From an uncultured Candidatus Rokubacteria bacterium (GTDB taxonomy: Bacteria; Methylomirabilota; Methylomirabilia; Rokubacteriales; DASRDR01): a stretch of 64,000 nt of DNA. Where the stretch lies: the NCBI GenBank assembly GCA_963708025.1, contig CAVPSB010000018.1, positions 480,001-544,000 of the forward strand, read 5' to 3'. The notes beneath the pieces were generated by a model, which did not search any database, was not told the DNA's origin, and saw only the letters and a program-made list of their open reading frames with translations. Within the stretch, counting starts at the first letter, position 1, and every line of letters starts with the position of its first letter. A program made the position numbers and the translations under genes. Of this stretch, positions 26,915 through 39,721 are shown piece after piece.

Positions 26915-28285
26915 CTATCCGGTCAACGGGCTCGCGTCCCGCGCGGTGCCGCCCTGGGCCCACCCGGCTGTCTGCGCCGCCCGGAGGCCGAAGGTGAGGG
27001 CGAGCGCCAGCCCGCCCGCATAGCCGAACTTGTAGACGTCGCCGACGTCGGCGCCCGCGGCGAAGAGGCCGCGAATCGGCCGTCCGGCGGCATCCAGTAC
27101 CCGCGCCGCTTCGTCCACGCGCAGCCCGCCGTGCGTGAACGTGATGGCCGGCTCGACGACCAGCGCGTAGTACGGCGGCTGGTCCATCGGGCGCAGGAAG
27201 TGCGACCGCGGCGGACTCAGGCGCTCCGGCGCCTCCCGGGCGTCTCGGTTGTACTCCCGGATCGTCCGGACCGCCCGCTCGCCGTCGAACCCCCACCGCG
27301 ACGCCGCGGCGGCCAGGTCCGACAGCGCCGGCACCCGGGCGCCCAGGGAGCCGTGCTCCAAGGCGACCTGCAGCTTGTCCTCCGCGGGGACGCCCTGCAC
27401 GAACGGCTTGACGACGTGCTCGGCCTGGACGTAGGCGTCCCAGACCAGGAGACCGCGCGCGTGCGACTCGAAGACCAGCATGTCGGTGCTGTAGAAGTCG
27501 CCACGGCTCTCGTCGGTGAACCGGAGCCCCGCCTCGTTGAGCAGAATCGAGTAGTCGCTCTGGTACTGGGAGAGGGATCCGAAGCGCTCCGGGTTGTCCA
27601 GACGCGCAGGCGAGCAGACCAGGTGGCCGTAGAAGCCGGGGTTGTCTCCGGCCCAGACGCCGCCGGCCTGCTGGGCGAGACGGATGCCGTCGCCGGTGCT
27701 GTAGTGATTCGAGCGGAGCGGGATCGTGCGGGCGTTCGGGTGGATGCGCTCCGCGCGCAGATCGGGGTCGCCCTGGTAGCCCCCGGTGGCGACGAGCGTC
27801 GCCGGCGCCTCCGCGTCGACGGCGCCGCTGGGATCGAGGATGCGGGCCCCCCGGACGGCGCCGGCGGTGTCCTGAATCAGCCGCTCCACGCGGGCGCTGA
27901 CCACCAGATGGCCGCCGTGGGACTCGATCGTCGTGATACACCCCTTGAAATGGCTCTCCACGTCGATCTGGTAGCCCCGTCCGTGCAGGACGGGAATCGG
28001 CGGGGACATGCCCACGCCTCTCGCGCGGAGCCAGGTGATGGCCTCGGCGTAGCTCTCCACCACCACGCGTCCGAGCCTGGGATCGCCCTCGTTGTTGCTG
28101 CGCATCATCCACTCGGCCGGAACCGTCCACAGGTAGCCGCCGGACAGCAGGGCCGACCCGCCGGGCTCCGGCGCCTTCTCGACGACCAGGACCCGTGCCC
28201 CCGCCTCGGCGGCCCGCGCCCCGGCCGAGAGACCGGCCATCCCGGCCCCGATCACGAGGAGGTCACACTCGAGTCGGTCTGGCAT
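26915..28285 (-). CDS. FAD-binding oxidoreductase (FAD_binding_2; KstD/TcuA/flavocytochrome c-like)
   Basis: GAGMAG, GGSALLSGG, ATGGY, STGDG, TFTHGGL, GLFAAG. Confidence 0.88.
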   Translation of the reverse strand: MPDRLECDLLVIGAGMAGLSAGARAAEAGARVLVVEKAPEPGGSALLSGGYLWTVPAEWMMRSNNEGDPRLGRVVVESYAEAITWLRARGVGMSPPIPVLHGRGYQIDVESHFKGCITTIESHGGHLVVSARVERLIQDTAGAVRGARILDPSGAVDAEAPATLVATGGYQGDPDLRAERIHPNARTIPLRSNHYSTGDGIRLAQQAGGVWAGDNPGFYGHLVCSPARLDNPERFGSLSQYQSDYSILLNEAGLRFTDESRGDFYSTDMLVFESHARGLLVWDAYVQAEHVVKPFVQGVPAEDKLQVALEHGSLGARVPALSDLAAAASRWGFDGERAVRTIREYNRDAREAPERLSPPRSHFLRPMDQPPYYALVVEPAITFTHGGLRVDEAARVLDAAGRPIRGLFAAGADVGDVYKFGYAGGLALALTFGLRAAQTAGWAQGGTARDASPLTG

Positions 28286-28308
28286 CTGTCTGCTCCTGTC
28301 CGGAGGCG

Positions 28309-30951
<2,643 letters not shown>

Positions 30952-30964
30952 GCCGGTGTGCCGG

Positions 30965-31834
30965 TCAGACGCGGACGCGCTGCTCGGCGCCGAGCAGGCC
31001 GCCCGGCCTCAGGAACAGCACGGCCACGATGATGGTGAAAACCATGGTGTCGCGGAAGCTCGCCGACACGTACCGTCCGGCGACGTTGTCGAGAACGCCG
31101 ATGAGCAGGCCACCCACCGCCGCCCCCACCATGCTCTCCAGGCCTCCGAAGAAGACGCCGGCGAACGCCCGGAAGAGGGGTGCGCTCATCAGGGCGACGT
31201 TGATGGACGAATCGGCCGCGACGAGGAAGGTCGCGACACCGCTCAGACCGCAGCCCAGGCACCACGCGAGCCGGGCCACTCGCGCGCTGTCGATCCCGAT
31301 CAGACGGGCCGCGAAGGGGTCCTCGGCCGAGGCCCGCATGGCCACGCCCAGGGGCGACCAGCGAAAGAACGCGGCGATCGCCGCCATCCCCGCCAGCGCC
31401 ACTCCCGTCGCCAGCACCTTCTGGAGGGTGACGGCGATGCCGAAGATCTGCACCGTGCCTTCCACGATGGGCGGAAAGGGACGGGGCTGGAAGCCCCAGA
31501 CGACGCCGACGCCCGCCTGGATCAGCAGACCCAGGCCCAGCGTGACGATCAGGGCGGCAAACAGCCGGCCCGGCCCCAGCGGTCGAATGAGCACCCGTTC
31601 CGTGGCGACACCGAAGAGGCTGGCGACGACGATCGTCACGACCAGGGCGGCCACGACGGGCAGCCCGGCGCGAATCGCCGTGGCGGCCACGAAGACCCCA
31701 GCCATTCCGATGTCGCCGACGGCCATGTTCACCACGTCCGTGGCCCGGAAGATGATGACGATCGAGAGCCCGATGAGGGCGTAGCTGGAGCCGCTGACGA
31801 TCCCGGACACGATGACGGGAAGGAGGTCTTCCAT
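30965..31834 (-). CDS. HAAT ABC permease (LivH-like)
   Basis: SGSSYALIGL, GVAMRASAED, LFLRPGGLLG. Confidence 0.92.
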   Translation of the reverse strand: MEDLLPVIVSGIVSGSSYALIGLSIVIIFRATDVVNMAVGDIGMAGVFVAATAIRAGLPVVAALVVTIVVASLFGVATERVLIRPLGPGRLFAALIVTLGLGLLIQAGVGVVWGFQPRPFPPIVEGTVQIFGIAVTLQKVLATGVALAGMAAIAAFFRWSPLGVAMRASAEDPFAARLIGIDSARVARLAWCLGCGLSGVATFLVAADSSINVALMSAPLFRAFAGVFFGGLESMVGAAVGGLLIGVLDNVAGRYVSASFRDTMVFTIIVAVLFLRPGGLLGAEQRVRV

Positions 31835-31944
31835 GGACCCCGGCTCACAATCTGGCCGCCGCCGCGGCCTTCAGACAGCCCGATCCTCGGGCGCGTCGTC
31901 TGTCCGGATTTCTCCGGGGACGCGCGGTGACGCGGCCTCGTTGA

Positions 31945-33132
31945 CTACCAGCTGCTTCCGGGCTCGATGAACCCGCCGATGGTCTTCCACTCGCCACCCT
32001 GAACCTGGACGCGCTGAACCATCGTGACGCCGAGGTGCTGCTCCTCCGAGAAGGTGACGGGCGGAAGCGCACCCGTCTCGTAGTTCTTCAGCGAGTGGAG
32101 GGACTTGACGAACGCCTCGCGAGTGATCGGGCCCTTGATCCGGGAGATCGCCTCGACGAAGACCTTGGCCGAGGCCCACGTGAAGAGGGACTGGAAGTCC
32201 GGCTTCGCGTCGGGGAAGTACTTCGCCAGGGCCTCACGGTACTCCTTGACGGCCGGATGGTCCGACGTGGGCGGGAGCACGAAGGAAACGGACCGGAAGC
32301 CTTCCACGGCGCCCTTGCCCAGCTCCAGCACGTCGGTGGAGGCGTTCGGCGCGTAGCTGTACAGGCTCGTCTTGAAGTTCTGGCGGGCCAGCTCCTTGGC
32401 GAGGGCGACGACCTCGAGCGTGGGCAGAATCGCGACGACCGCGTCCGGCTTGGCGGTCGCGACCTGCAGGGCGATCGGGACATAGTCGGCCGTCCCCAGC
32501 TTGACGGGCAGCAGCTTCACCGTCGCCGCCGGCACCGAGGTCTTCAGGCCGGGCTCGACGTTCTTCGCGACGGTCTCGAAGGCGGCGGGATCGTTGTGCA
32601 CCACGAGGACGTTCTTGGCCCCCTCCTTGCCCGCCCATCGCCCCAGCGCCTGGGCCTGCTCCTCGTAGAGCGTCAGGACCCCATAGAGATTCTCCTTGGG
32701 CGGCTTCCACCAGCTCCCGAGACCGCCGTAGGTGTTGATCAGCGGCACCTTGGCCTCGTCCAGGACGTAGCGAAAGGCGGCCTGCGTCTGGGCCGTTCCG
32801 TTGGCGTTCACGATGGCGAACACCTGGTCGCGCTCGATGAGCTTCCGTGCGGCGGCGACCGTCCGCTGGGGGTCGTAGACGTTGTCCTCCACGATCCACT
32901 CGATCTTGCGGCCGTTGATGCCACCCCGGTCGCCGATCATCTTGAAGTACGCCTCGGTGCCCTTGCGCTGGGCCGTCCCGGCATAGGCGATGGGCCCGCT
33001 GAGGGGAAGCCACGCGCCGATCCTGATGGTCTTGTCCGTGATCCCGGGAGCGCTCTGGGTCCATCCGGTGTGGGGTAGGAGGAGCGTGGCCAGCAGTGCG
33101 GTTCCAACAGCCAGTTTCCGGGCCGGTCTCAT
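31945..33132 (-). CDS. HAAT ABC substrate-binding protein
   Basis: Signal peptide, PGITDKTIRIG, GGINGRKI. Confidence 0.92.
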   Translation of the reverse strand: MRPARKLAVGTALLATLLLPHTGWTQSAPGITDKTIRIGAWLPLSGPIAYAGTAQRKGTEAYFKMIGDRGGINGRKIEWIVEDNVYDPQRTVAAARKLIERDQVFAIVNANGTAQTQAAFRYVLDEAKVPLINTYGGLGSWWKPPKENLYGVLTLYEEQAQALGRWAGKEGAKNVLVVHNDPAAFETVAKNVEPGLKTSVPAATVKLLPVKLGTADYVPIALQVATAKPDAVVAILPTLEVVALAKELARQNFKTSLYSYAPNASTDVLELGKGAVEGFRSVSFVLPPTSDHPAVKEYREALAKYFPDAKPDFQSLFTWASAKVFVEAISRIKGPITREAFVKSLHSLKNYETGALPPVTFSEEQHLGVTMVQRVQVQGGEWKTIGGFIEPGSSW

Positions 33133-33194
33133 TGCGTGTCTCCTCTCCGGAGCCTGCCGTGGGTCTGCGCGTCCACGAACGGTGAAGCGCCGGG

Positions 33195-33977
33195 TCAGCG
33201 CCCTCGCCAGACCGGCTGGCGCTTCTCGAGGAACGCCTGCACGCCCTCCTTGGCGTCCTCCATGTGATGGAACACATTGGCCGCCATGTGCTCCAGCACC
33301 ATGAGCGTGTGGCTGTCGGCGTCCATCCCGCAGTTGAGCGCCATCTTGGTCATCCGCATGGCAAAGGGACTCTTGTCGATCAGGGGGGCGAGAAACTCCT
33401 CCAGCAGGTGGTCGAGCTTCGACGTCGGCGCCGCGTCGTTCACCAGCCCCCAGTCGGCCGCCTGGCGCCCGCTCAGCAGCTTGGCGGTGAGCATCAGCTC
33501 CTTGGAGCGTCGCATTCCGATGATGCGCGGCAGGCGATAGATAGGGCCGGCCCCGCCGAAGAGCGAGCGCCGGAGGTGGAAGTCGCCGATCTTCGCGTCG
33601 TCGGCCGCCAGGGCAAAGTCACAGGAAATCATCAGCTCGAAGCCTCCGGCCACCGCATACCCTTCTACCACGGCGATGGTCGGCTTGGCCATGGAGTAGG
33701 CGTGATCGAAGGTGCGCGCCGACTTGACGATCAGATCCATGGAGGCGCTGGACGTCTTCAAGAAATCCGAGTCGAGCATGTCGAGGTCGGCGCCCGCCGA
33801 GAAGTTGCCGCCCCGCCCCCGCACCACGACGGCCCGGGCCTCCTGGTCGTCTTCTGCCCGCTTGAGGGCGTCCCCGAACTGGGTCAGCTGCTCCCAGTTG
33901 AAGCAGTTGCGCCTCTCAGGCCGATTCAGCCAGATCGTCACGACGCTGCCGCTGCGCTCGTACTGGACGTCCCCCAT
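33195..33977 (-). CDS. Enoyl-CoA hydratase/isomerase
   Basis: FSAGADL, KPTIAVVEGYAVAGGFEL, AFLEKRQP. Confidence 0.93.
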   Translation of the reverse strand: MGDVQYERSGSVVTIWLNRPERRNCFNWEQLTQFGDALKRAEDDQEARAVVVRGRGGNFSAGADLDMLDSDFLKTSSASMDLIVKSARTFDHAYSMAKPTIAVVEGYAVAGGFELMISCDFALAADDAKIGDFHLRRSLFGGAGPIYRLPRIIGMRRSKELMLTAKLLSGRQAADWGLVNDAAPTSKLDHLLEEFLAPLIDKSPFAMRMTKMALNCGMDADSHTLMVLEHMAANVFHHMEDAKEGVQAFLEKRQPVWRGR

Positions 33978-34303
33978 TGCGTCAGATCCTTCCCCGGCCC
34001 TCAGGGCCTGCCGTGCGTGTGTGCTTCAGCGTGCCGCAACCGGCTCCGACCGTCCGTGCGGTCCCACGCCACTCGACCCGGCCCGCCGCCCGGAAGGCGT
34101 CGCCGGTTCGCGTCCTCGGGAGCAGTGCGCTGCGTCTCCAGCGACCCTGCGGCGTGACTTCGGCCGAGAAGGTCACCTGCGGGTCCTCGCGGGAGGGGGG
34201 TGTCGTCGGCAGCCGCGGGTCGCGACAGTGCGGACAGTCATGGCTCACACCCTTGTGAGAGGGTCTCGGGCGAATGGCTCACCGCCGCTGCGCCCCGGAC
34301 TGG

Positions 34304-34350
34304 GGCCGACCGGCGAGTCAACTCTATGGCCCCGTCCAAATCCTTGTCAA
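34304..34350 (-). promoter_or_regulatory. Promoter (TTGACA-18-TAGAGT) plus operator GGCCGACCGGCGAGTC
   Basis: -35 at 34345-34350, -10 at 34321-34326, operator 34304-34319. Confidence 0.7.
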
Positions 34351-34429
34351 GGGGGGCCTCGCGCGCGGAACCGGACCGGCCGGTAGCTCGGACGGCTCGC
34401 CCTGTCGACGCAATCACGCCATTCCCCCC

Positions 34430-34478
34430 TTGACAGGCAAGGACTGCCCGATGTAAGGGTCAGACCGACCGGCTGGTC
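34430..34478 (+). promoter_or_regulatory. Promoter (TTGACA) plus operator GACCGACCGGCTGGTC
   Basis: -35 at 34430-34435, operator 34463-34478; -10 weak. Confidence 0.65.
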
Positions 34479-34661
34479 GGGCACGTTGAGGCGCCGCGCC
34501 GGCTTCCCGAGGGGCGTCACCTCGCGCCGCCCAGGCCGCGGGAGCGCCGGCGAGCCCGGGCACCGCGGCCCCGCTGGTCCGGTGTGCCGGCGGTCGGTCT
34601 GCGGCACTCGCGATCGCGCAGGGCACCGCATGCCCGACAGCGAACTCTGGAGGGAGCGACG

Positions 34662-35870
34662 ATGGACTTCGAATACTCGGCGCGCACGAAGATGTACATG
34701 GCGCAGCTCACCGACTTCATGGACAAGCACGTCTACCCCAACGAAGCGACGTTCCAGCAGCAGCTCGGGTCTGGCCCTGCCCGCTGGCAGGTGCCTCCGA
34801 TCATGGAGGAACTGAAGCAGCGAGCGCGGGAGCGCGGGCTCTGGAACCTCTTCCTGCCCGAGAGCGAGCACGGCGCGGGCCTCACCAACCTGGAATACGC
34901 TCCTCTGTGCGAGATCATGGCGCGCTCGCCGATCGGGTCCGAGGTGTTCAACTGCTCCGCACCCGACACCGGCAACATGGAGGTGCTGGTTCGCTACGGC
35001 ACCCCGGAGCAGAAGAAGCAGTGGCTCGATCCCTTGCTCGAGGGTACCATCCGCTCCGCCTTCGCCATGACCGAGCCGAAGGTCGCCTCGTCCGACGCCA
35101 CCAACATCGAGGCCTCGATCGTGCGCGACGGGGACGAGTATGTCATCAACGGCCACAAATGGTGGACCTCGGGAGCCGGCGACCCGCGATGCAAGCTCCT
35201 GATCTTCATGGGAAAGACCGACCCCGGCCACCCCGACCGTCACAAGCAGCAGTCGATGATCCTGGTGCCCCGCGACGCGCCCGGCATCACGATCCTGCGC
35301 CTGCTGAACGTCTTCGGGTACGACGACGCCCCGCACGGGCACGGCGAGGTCCTCTTCGAGAACGTCCGCGTCCCCGCCTCCAACATGCTGCTCGGCGAGG
35401 GACGCGGTTTCGAGATCGCCCAGGGACGCCTGGGGCCCGGCCGCATTCACCACTGCATGCGCCAGATCGGGGTCGCCGAGCGCGCCCTCGAGCTCATGTG
35501 CCGGCGAGCCCAGGAGCGCGTCGTCTTCGGAAAGAGGCTCAGCGAGAACGACATCACGCTGGAGCGCATCGCCCAGTCACGCATCGAGCTCGACCAGGCG
35601 CGGCTGCTCGTCCTGCACGCGGCGTGGATGATGGACACCGTCGGCAACAAGGCCGCCCGACAGGCGATCGCCGCCATCAAGGTCGCGGTGCCGAACATGG
35701 TCCTGAGCGTGCTCGACCGCGCCATGCAGCTCCACGGCGGCGGCGGCGTCAGCCAGGCCTTTCCGCTCGCCGCCATGTGGGCCCACGCCCGCACCACGCG
35801 CTTCGCCGACGGTCCCGACGAGGTCCACCGGCGCCAGATCGGGCGGCTCGAGCTCCGGAAGTACGCGTAG
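34662..35870 (+). CDS. Acyl-CoA dehydrogenase (ACAD10/11-like domain)
   Basis: [47 protein letters not shown]. Confidence 0.95.
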   Translation: MDFEYSARTKMYMAQLTDFMDKHVYPNEATFQQQLGSGPARWQVPPIMEELKQRARERGLWNLFLPESEHGAGLTNLEYAPLCEIMARSPIGSEVFNCSAPDTGNMEVLVRYGTPEQKKQWLDPLLEGTIRSAFAMTEPKVASSDATNIEASIVRDGDEYVINGHKWWTSGAGDPRCKLLIFMGKTDPGHPDRHKQQSMILVPRDAPGITILRLLNVFGYDDAPHGHGEVLFENVRVPASNMLLGEGRGFEIAQGRLGPGRIHHCMRQIGVAERALELMCRRAQERVVFGKRLSENDITLERIAQSRIELDQARLLVLHAAWMMDTVGNKAARQAIAAIKVAVPNMVLSVLDRAMQLHGGGGVSQAFPLAAMWAHARTTRFADGPDEVHRRQIGRLELRKYA

Positions 35871-35934
35871 AGCCGGTCGCGGCGGCACGACGGCGCGCGG
35901 CGACCTCGGGTGTCGGGTTCGGCCCGCGCGCCGG

Positions 35935-37071
35935 TCAGCGGCTCGCGGCCCGCGGCCCGCCGCCTCCCGCGAGGCCGGAGAATTCGACCACCCCCCAGGC
36001 GGCCTCGGCCAGCGGGCGGGCCCGCTCGCCCTGGGCGCGCGCGTTCGGGTCATTCGCGGTGCCCGCGATCACCCGACCCATGATGCCCTGAAGGATGGCC
36101 GCCACGCGAAACATCGCGAAGGCGACGTAGAAATCCCAGTCCGGGATGCTCGTCCGGCCGGTCCGCTCGCAGTAGGTCGCGACGTACTCCTCTTCGGTCG
36201 GGATCCCCGGAGGGATCTGTCCCACGAGACCGTCATAGAAGATCGTCCGGGGCAGGCGGTACGGCAGGCAGGTGTAGCCCAGGTCCGCGAGCGGATGTCC
36301 CAGGGTGGAGAGCTCCCAGTCGAGGACGGCGACGATGCGGGGCTCGGTGGGATGGACGATCATGTTCCCGAGCCGGTAGTCGCCGTGGACCAGCGTCGTC
36401 TCGTCACCCGGCGGGATGTGCTCGGGCATCCAGGCGATGAGCCGCTCCATGGCCTCGATCGTCTCGGTCTCCGACGCGCGGTACTGCGAGGTCCAGCGAT
36501 GGATCTGCCGCGCGAAGTAGTTGCCGGTCTTCCCGAAGTCGGCGAGGCCGCACGCCCGCCAGTCGACGGTGTGCAGCCGCGCCAGCACCGCGTTCGTCGC
36601 GTCGTAGAGCGCCGCTCGTTCCGCGGGCGCTTGCTCGGGGAGCCCGGAATCCGTCAGGATGCGGCCGGGCACGTACGCCATGACGTAGAACGGCGTGCCG
36701 ATGACCCCGGGGTCCTCGCAGAGCACGTACGTTCTGGGGACGGGGACGCCGCTCCCCGCGAGCGCGGTCATCACCCGGTATTCGCGGTCAACCGCGTGGG
36801 CCGACTGCAACAGCTTTCCCGGTGGTTTGCGGCGCAAGACGTACTCGGCGCCGGGCGTGGCGAGCCAGTAGGTCGGGTTCGACTGGCCCCCGCGAAACTG
36901 GCGCAGGGAGACCGGGCCCCGGAAACCCGGAACGGATCCTTCCAGGTACCGCGCGAGTGCCGTGAGGTCGAGGTGATCGCCGGCCAGTACCTCGACGGTT
37001 TCGCGGGGCGGGGCGGCACTCACCGAAGGGGAGTCACCGCCGGCGGGGATGGACTCGTGCCGGTGGCCCAT
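35935..37071 (-). CDS. APH-family phosphotransferase (ACAD10/11 kinase-like)
   Basis: GGQSNPTY, LRRKPPG..SAHAVDRE, HGDYRLGN, LDWELSTLGHP. Confidence 0.93.
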   Translation of the reverse strand: MGHRHESIPAGGDSPSVSAAPPRETVEVLAGDHLDLTALARYLEGSVPGFRGPVSLRQFRGGQSNPTYWLATPGAEYVLRRKPPGKLLQSAHAVDREYRVMTALAGSGVPVPRTYVLCEDPGVIGTPFYVMAYVPGRILTDSGLPEQAPAERAALYDATNAVLARLHTVDWRACGLADFGKTGNYFARQIHRWTSQYRASETETIEAMERLIAWMPEHIPPGDETTLVHGDYRLGNMIVHPTEPRIVAVLDWELSTLGHPLADLGYTCLPYRLPRTIFYDGLVGQIPPGIPTEEEYVATYCERTGRTSIPDWDFYVAFAMFRVAAILQGIMGRVIAGTANDPNARAQGERARPLAEAAWGVVEFSGLAGGGGPRAASR

Positions 37072-37107
37072 TCCTCGACCTCCCGCAACCAGGTACCCGG
37101 TCCGTTT

Positions 37108-37515
37108 CTACGGCCGCGTCGGTCCGCCCCTCGCGGCGTCACCCGCGCGGCTCAGGGCCTCTGCCCAGAGCTGGTAGGCCCGTCCCTGAGCCTGGGTCAG
37201 CCGCGTCACCGCTTCCTGAAGCTCCGCCGGTGGGGCGCCCGCGGCGAGCGCGAGGGGCAGTCGCATCCAGGCTGTCCCGGCCGCGATCGCAGCCTCCTGC
37301 AGCTCGCGCATGACCTTCACCGCCTCGCCCGTCCCGCCGGCTCCAGGAGGGTTCGCCCCGGCGATCCAGGTCCGCCCAACTTCACCCCACCCGCGCGCCG
37401 CGTTATTCCAGAACTCCTGACCCTGCCGCCAGCCCTCCATGAGCGCGCGCTGACCGGCCTCCCAGATCTCCCCCATCGCCTGCGAGCCAGATCCCCACTC
37501 CGCTTGTGCGGTCAT
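37108..37515 (-). CDS. Helical hypothetical protein (phasin/PhaE-like, tentative)
   Basis: Amphipathic W/Q/A-rich helices; GAAGGGAG RBS. Confidence 0.6.
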   Translation of the reverse strand: MTAQAEWGSGSQAMGEIWEAGQRALMEGWRQGQEFWNNAARGWGEVGRTWIAGANPPGAGGTGEAVKVMRELQEAAIAAGTAWMRLPLALAAGAPPAELQEAVTRLTQAQGRAYQLWAEALSRAGDAARGGPTRP

Positions 37516-37581
37516 GGCCGTTCTCCCTTCTCGCGTCCCGGCCGCCGTCCGCCGCCCGCCGGGAGTCAACCGACCGATTGA

Positions 37582-38163
37582 TCAGTCGGCGCTGGCTGTG
37601 AGCCCTTCCACATCGTACGACATCACCACGAGGTCCCGCGTGCGCCCGGCCCGATCGATCACGAAGTCCTGCAAGAGGGCCTCCGGCCGGAACCCGAGCC
37701 GCTCGAGCATGGCCGCGGCGCGCTGCTGTTCCGCGGTCATGTGCGCGACGATCTTCCGCAGGCCGACATCGCGGGCCCCGGCGAAGATCTCCCCCGCCAG
37801 AGCACGCCCGAGGCCCTGCGAGCGGTAGCGGGGTCCGACCTGAATGCGGATCTCGCCCAGGTGCCGTTGCCAGGTCGTCTCGTGGTAGTGGAGTGACGCG
37901 TAACCCGCCACATCGCCGTTCGCCTCCGCGATGAGCGTGATCGTGCGACCAGCCGCCACGTTGCGCACCCACTCCGCGACGATGGCCGGATCGGTGATGT
38001 CGCTGCGGAGGAACAGCAGATCCTCCTCGGGCAGCGAGCGGGCAAAGGCGACGATCCGCGCCGCGTCGCCAGCCGTCATCATACGCAAGCCCACGGTCGT
38101 CCCGTTCTCGAGCTTGACGGTCCGCGGGTACTCTCGCCGGAACTTCTGCGTTCGCTCGTCCAT
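37582..38163 (-). CDS. GNAT N-acetyltransferase
   Basis: YRSQGLGRAL, LERLGF. Confidence 0.88.
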   Translation of the reverse strand: MDERTQKFRREYPRTVKLENGTTVGLRMMTAGDAARIVAFARSLPEEDLLFLRSDITDPAIVAEWVRNVAAGRTITLIAEANGDVAGYASLHYHETTWQRHLGEIRIQVGPRYRSQGLGRALAGEIFAGARDVGLRKIVAHMTAEQQRAAAMLERLGFRPEALLQDFVIDRAGRTRDLVVMSYDVEGLTASAD

Positions 38164-38169
38164 CGACTG

Positions 38170-39693
38170 TCACCTCGGGGATGAGGGGTCAGATCGCCGA
38201 TCCACCGGCAAATCGTCAACTCTGGGCCCGATGTCAACTCCGACTGAGGCGGGGCGGTGGGCGGGCTCCCCGACCGTCGGCGGGGGGGAGGCGGCCGCCA
38301 GCCCCGCAGCCGCACGAAGCTCAGCGAACGACTCTTCGAGGCAGGCCGCGTAAAACCAGCCGTCCGGGATCAGCTTCGCGTCGAGCGTCGCGCCGATGAT
38401 CAGCCGCTGGTCGTAGGTCAGGATCGAGTTGAAGAGCGCGATTCCCCCGCCCAGCGGTCCGATCGGATACCAGGCGACCATCTTTCGCCCGGCGAGATAG
38501 AGCGGAATCTGCGGGCCTGGCGTGTTCGTGCAGACCGTGTTGACGGCCGGATCCGGCTGGGTCAGTTGCGCGGTGAGGGCTTGCCACGAGGGCGGGATCC
38601 CGTTGGCCAGATCGCGGAGGGCGTAGAGCCCTCCGGCCTGGTCCTGGCTCTTCAGCCGATCCATCGCCGCCCGCTGGGCCGCCAGGCGCTCGACCGGACC
38701 GGTGATCCCCACGTAGAGGGGCGCGATCATCATCGAGACGAGGTTCCCCAAGGCGCCGCCCTGGTCCGGGCGCCGCATGCTCACCGGGCACATCGCACGC
38801 AACTCGACCCCATCGGTCGGGTAGCCGTGCGCCCGGAGATAGCGACCGAGCCCTCCCGCGATGACCGCCAGCGCCAGGTCGTTCACGGTGCCCCCGAGGA
38901 CGGACTTGATGGCCCGGACCTCGGCGAAGGAGAACTGGGCCCACACGGCGCGCCGCTCGCCCGAGAGCGGGCCGCTGAACGGCACCCGCGGCGCCGGCTG
39001 CAGGACCGCCGGCATCGCCGTCGTCGCGGCGTCCATGAGCCGCCGCACGCGCTGATCCAGGTCCTCCGGGCGCAGGAGGCGGAAGCTCTCGTCCGTCCAC
39101 CGCTCGGCGGCCTCGGTCAGCTGCTCGCGCACCGCGTCCTGCAGCAGCGTCAGCGGGTCGGGCAGGGGCCTCGGCTCCCAGGCCGTGGTGGGCAGCGCCG
39201 GCGGCGGGGCGTCCGGCCGAAGGTCGTGCGGGACCACGGTCAGCTGGACGCCCGACACGCCGTCCACCATGCAGTGGTGGATCTTCCAGAGAATGGCCGT
39301 GCTGCCGTCGGGACGCCCCTGGAGCACGATCAGCTTCCACAGGGGGCGCCGTCGATCCAGCGCGATCTCGTGGAGGCGCCCGACCACCTCGGCGAGCGCC
39401 CGATCGTCCGCGGGTGGCGGGATCGTCGCTTCGTCGACCTGGTGCCGAATGTCGAAGTCCGGATCGTCCTCCCAGGTCGGATGCGCCAGCCCGAAGGGCG
39501 GAAAGACCACTTTCTGCCGGTAGCGGGGCATGAGATGCATGCGACTCAGGAGCAACTCCATCGTCTCCTCACGGGAGATGTGCCCGTCGTACACGGTGCA
39601 GGAGGCTACGTGCATGGGCTCGTTGGGCTTCTCCTGGTACAGGAACGAGGCATCCAGAGCGCTGAGGCGATTGGTCGGACGTCCCGGTGCCAT
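38170..39693 (-). CDS. Wax ester synthase/diacylglycerol acyltransferase (WS/DGAT)
   Basis: LSALDASFLY, HHCMVDGVSG (HHxxxDG), GTVNDL, NTPGPQIPLY. Confidence 0.94.
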   Translation of the reverse strand: MAPGRPTNRLSALDASFLYQEKPNEPMHVASCTVYDGHISREETMELLLSRMHLMPRYRQKVVFPPFGLAHPTWEDDPDFDIRHQVDEATIPPPADDRALAEVVGRLHEIALDRRRPLWKLIVLQGRPDGSTAILWKIHHCMVDGVSGVQLTVVPHDLRPDAPPPALPTTAWEPRPLPDPLTLLQDAVREQLTEAAERWTDESFRLLRPEDLDQRVRRLMDAATTAMPAVLQPAPRVPFSGPLSGERRAVWAQFSFAEVRAIKSVLGGTVNDLALAVIAGGLGRYLRAHGYPTDGVELRAMCPVSMRRPDQGGALGNLVSMMIAPLYVGITGPVERLAAQRAAMDRLKSQDQAGGLYALRDLANGIPPSWQALTAQLTQPDPAVNTVCTNTPGPQIPLYLAGRKMVAWYPIGPLGGGIALFNSILTYDQRLIIGATLDAKLIPDGWFYAACLEESFAELRAAAGLAAASPPPTVGEPAHRPASVGVDIGPRVDDLPVDRRSDPSSPR

Positions 39694-39721
39694 GGTCCCT
39701 TCCTCCGCCAACAGGGATCTG

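Noticed and set aside
33982-34248. Small CxxC ORF or riboswitch in the hydratase leader
   Set aside because: No recognisable family or riboswitch consensus.
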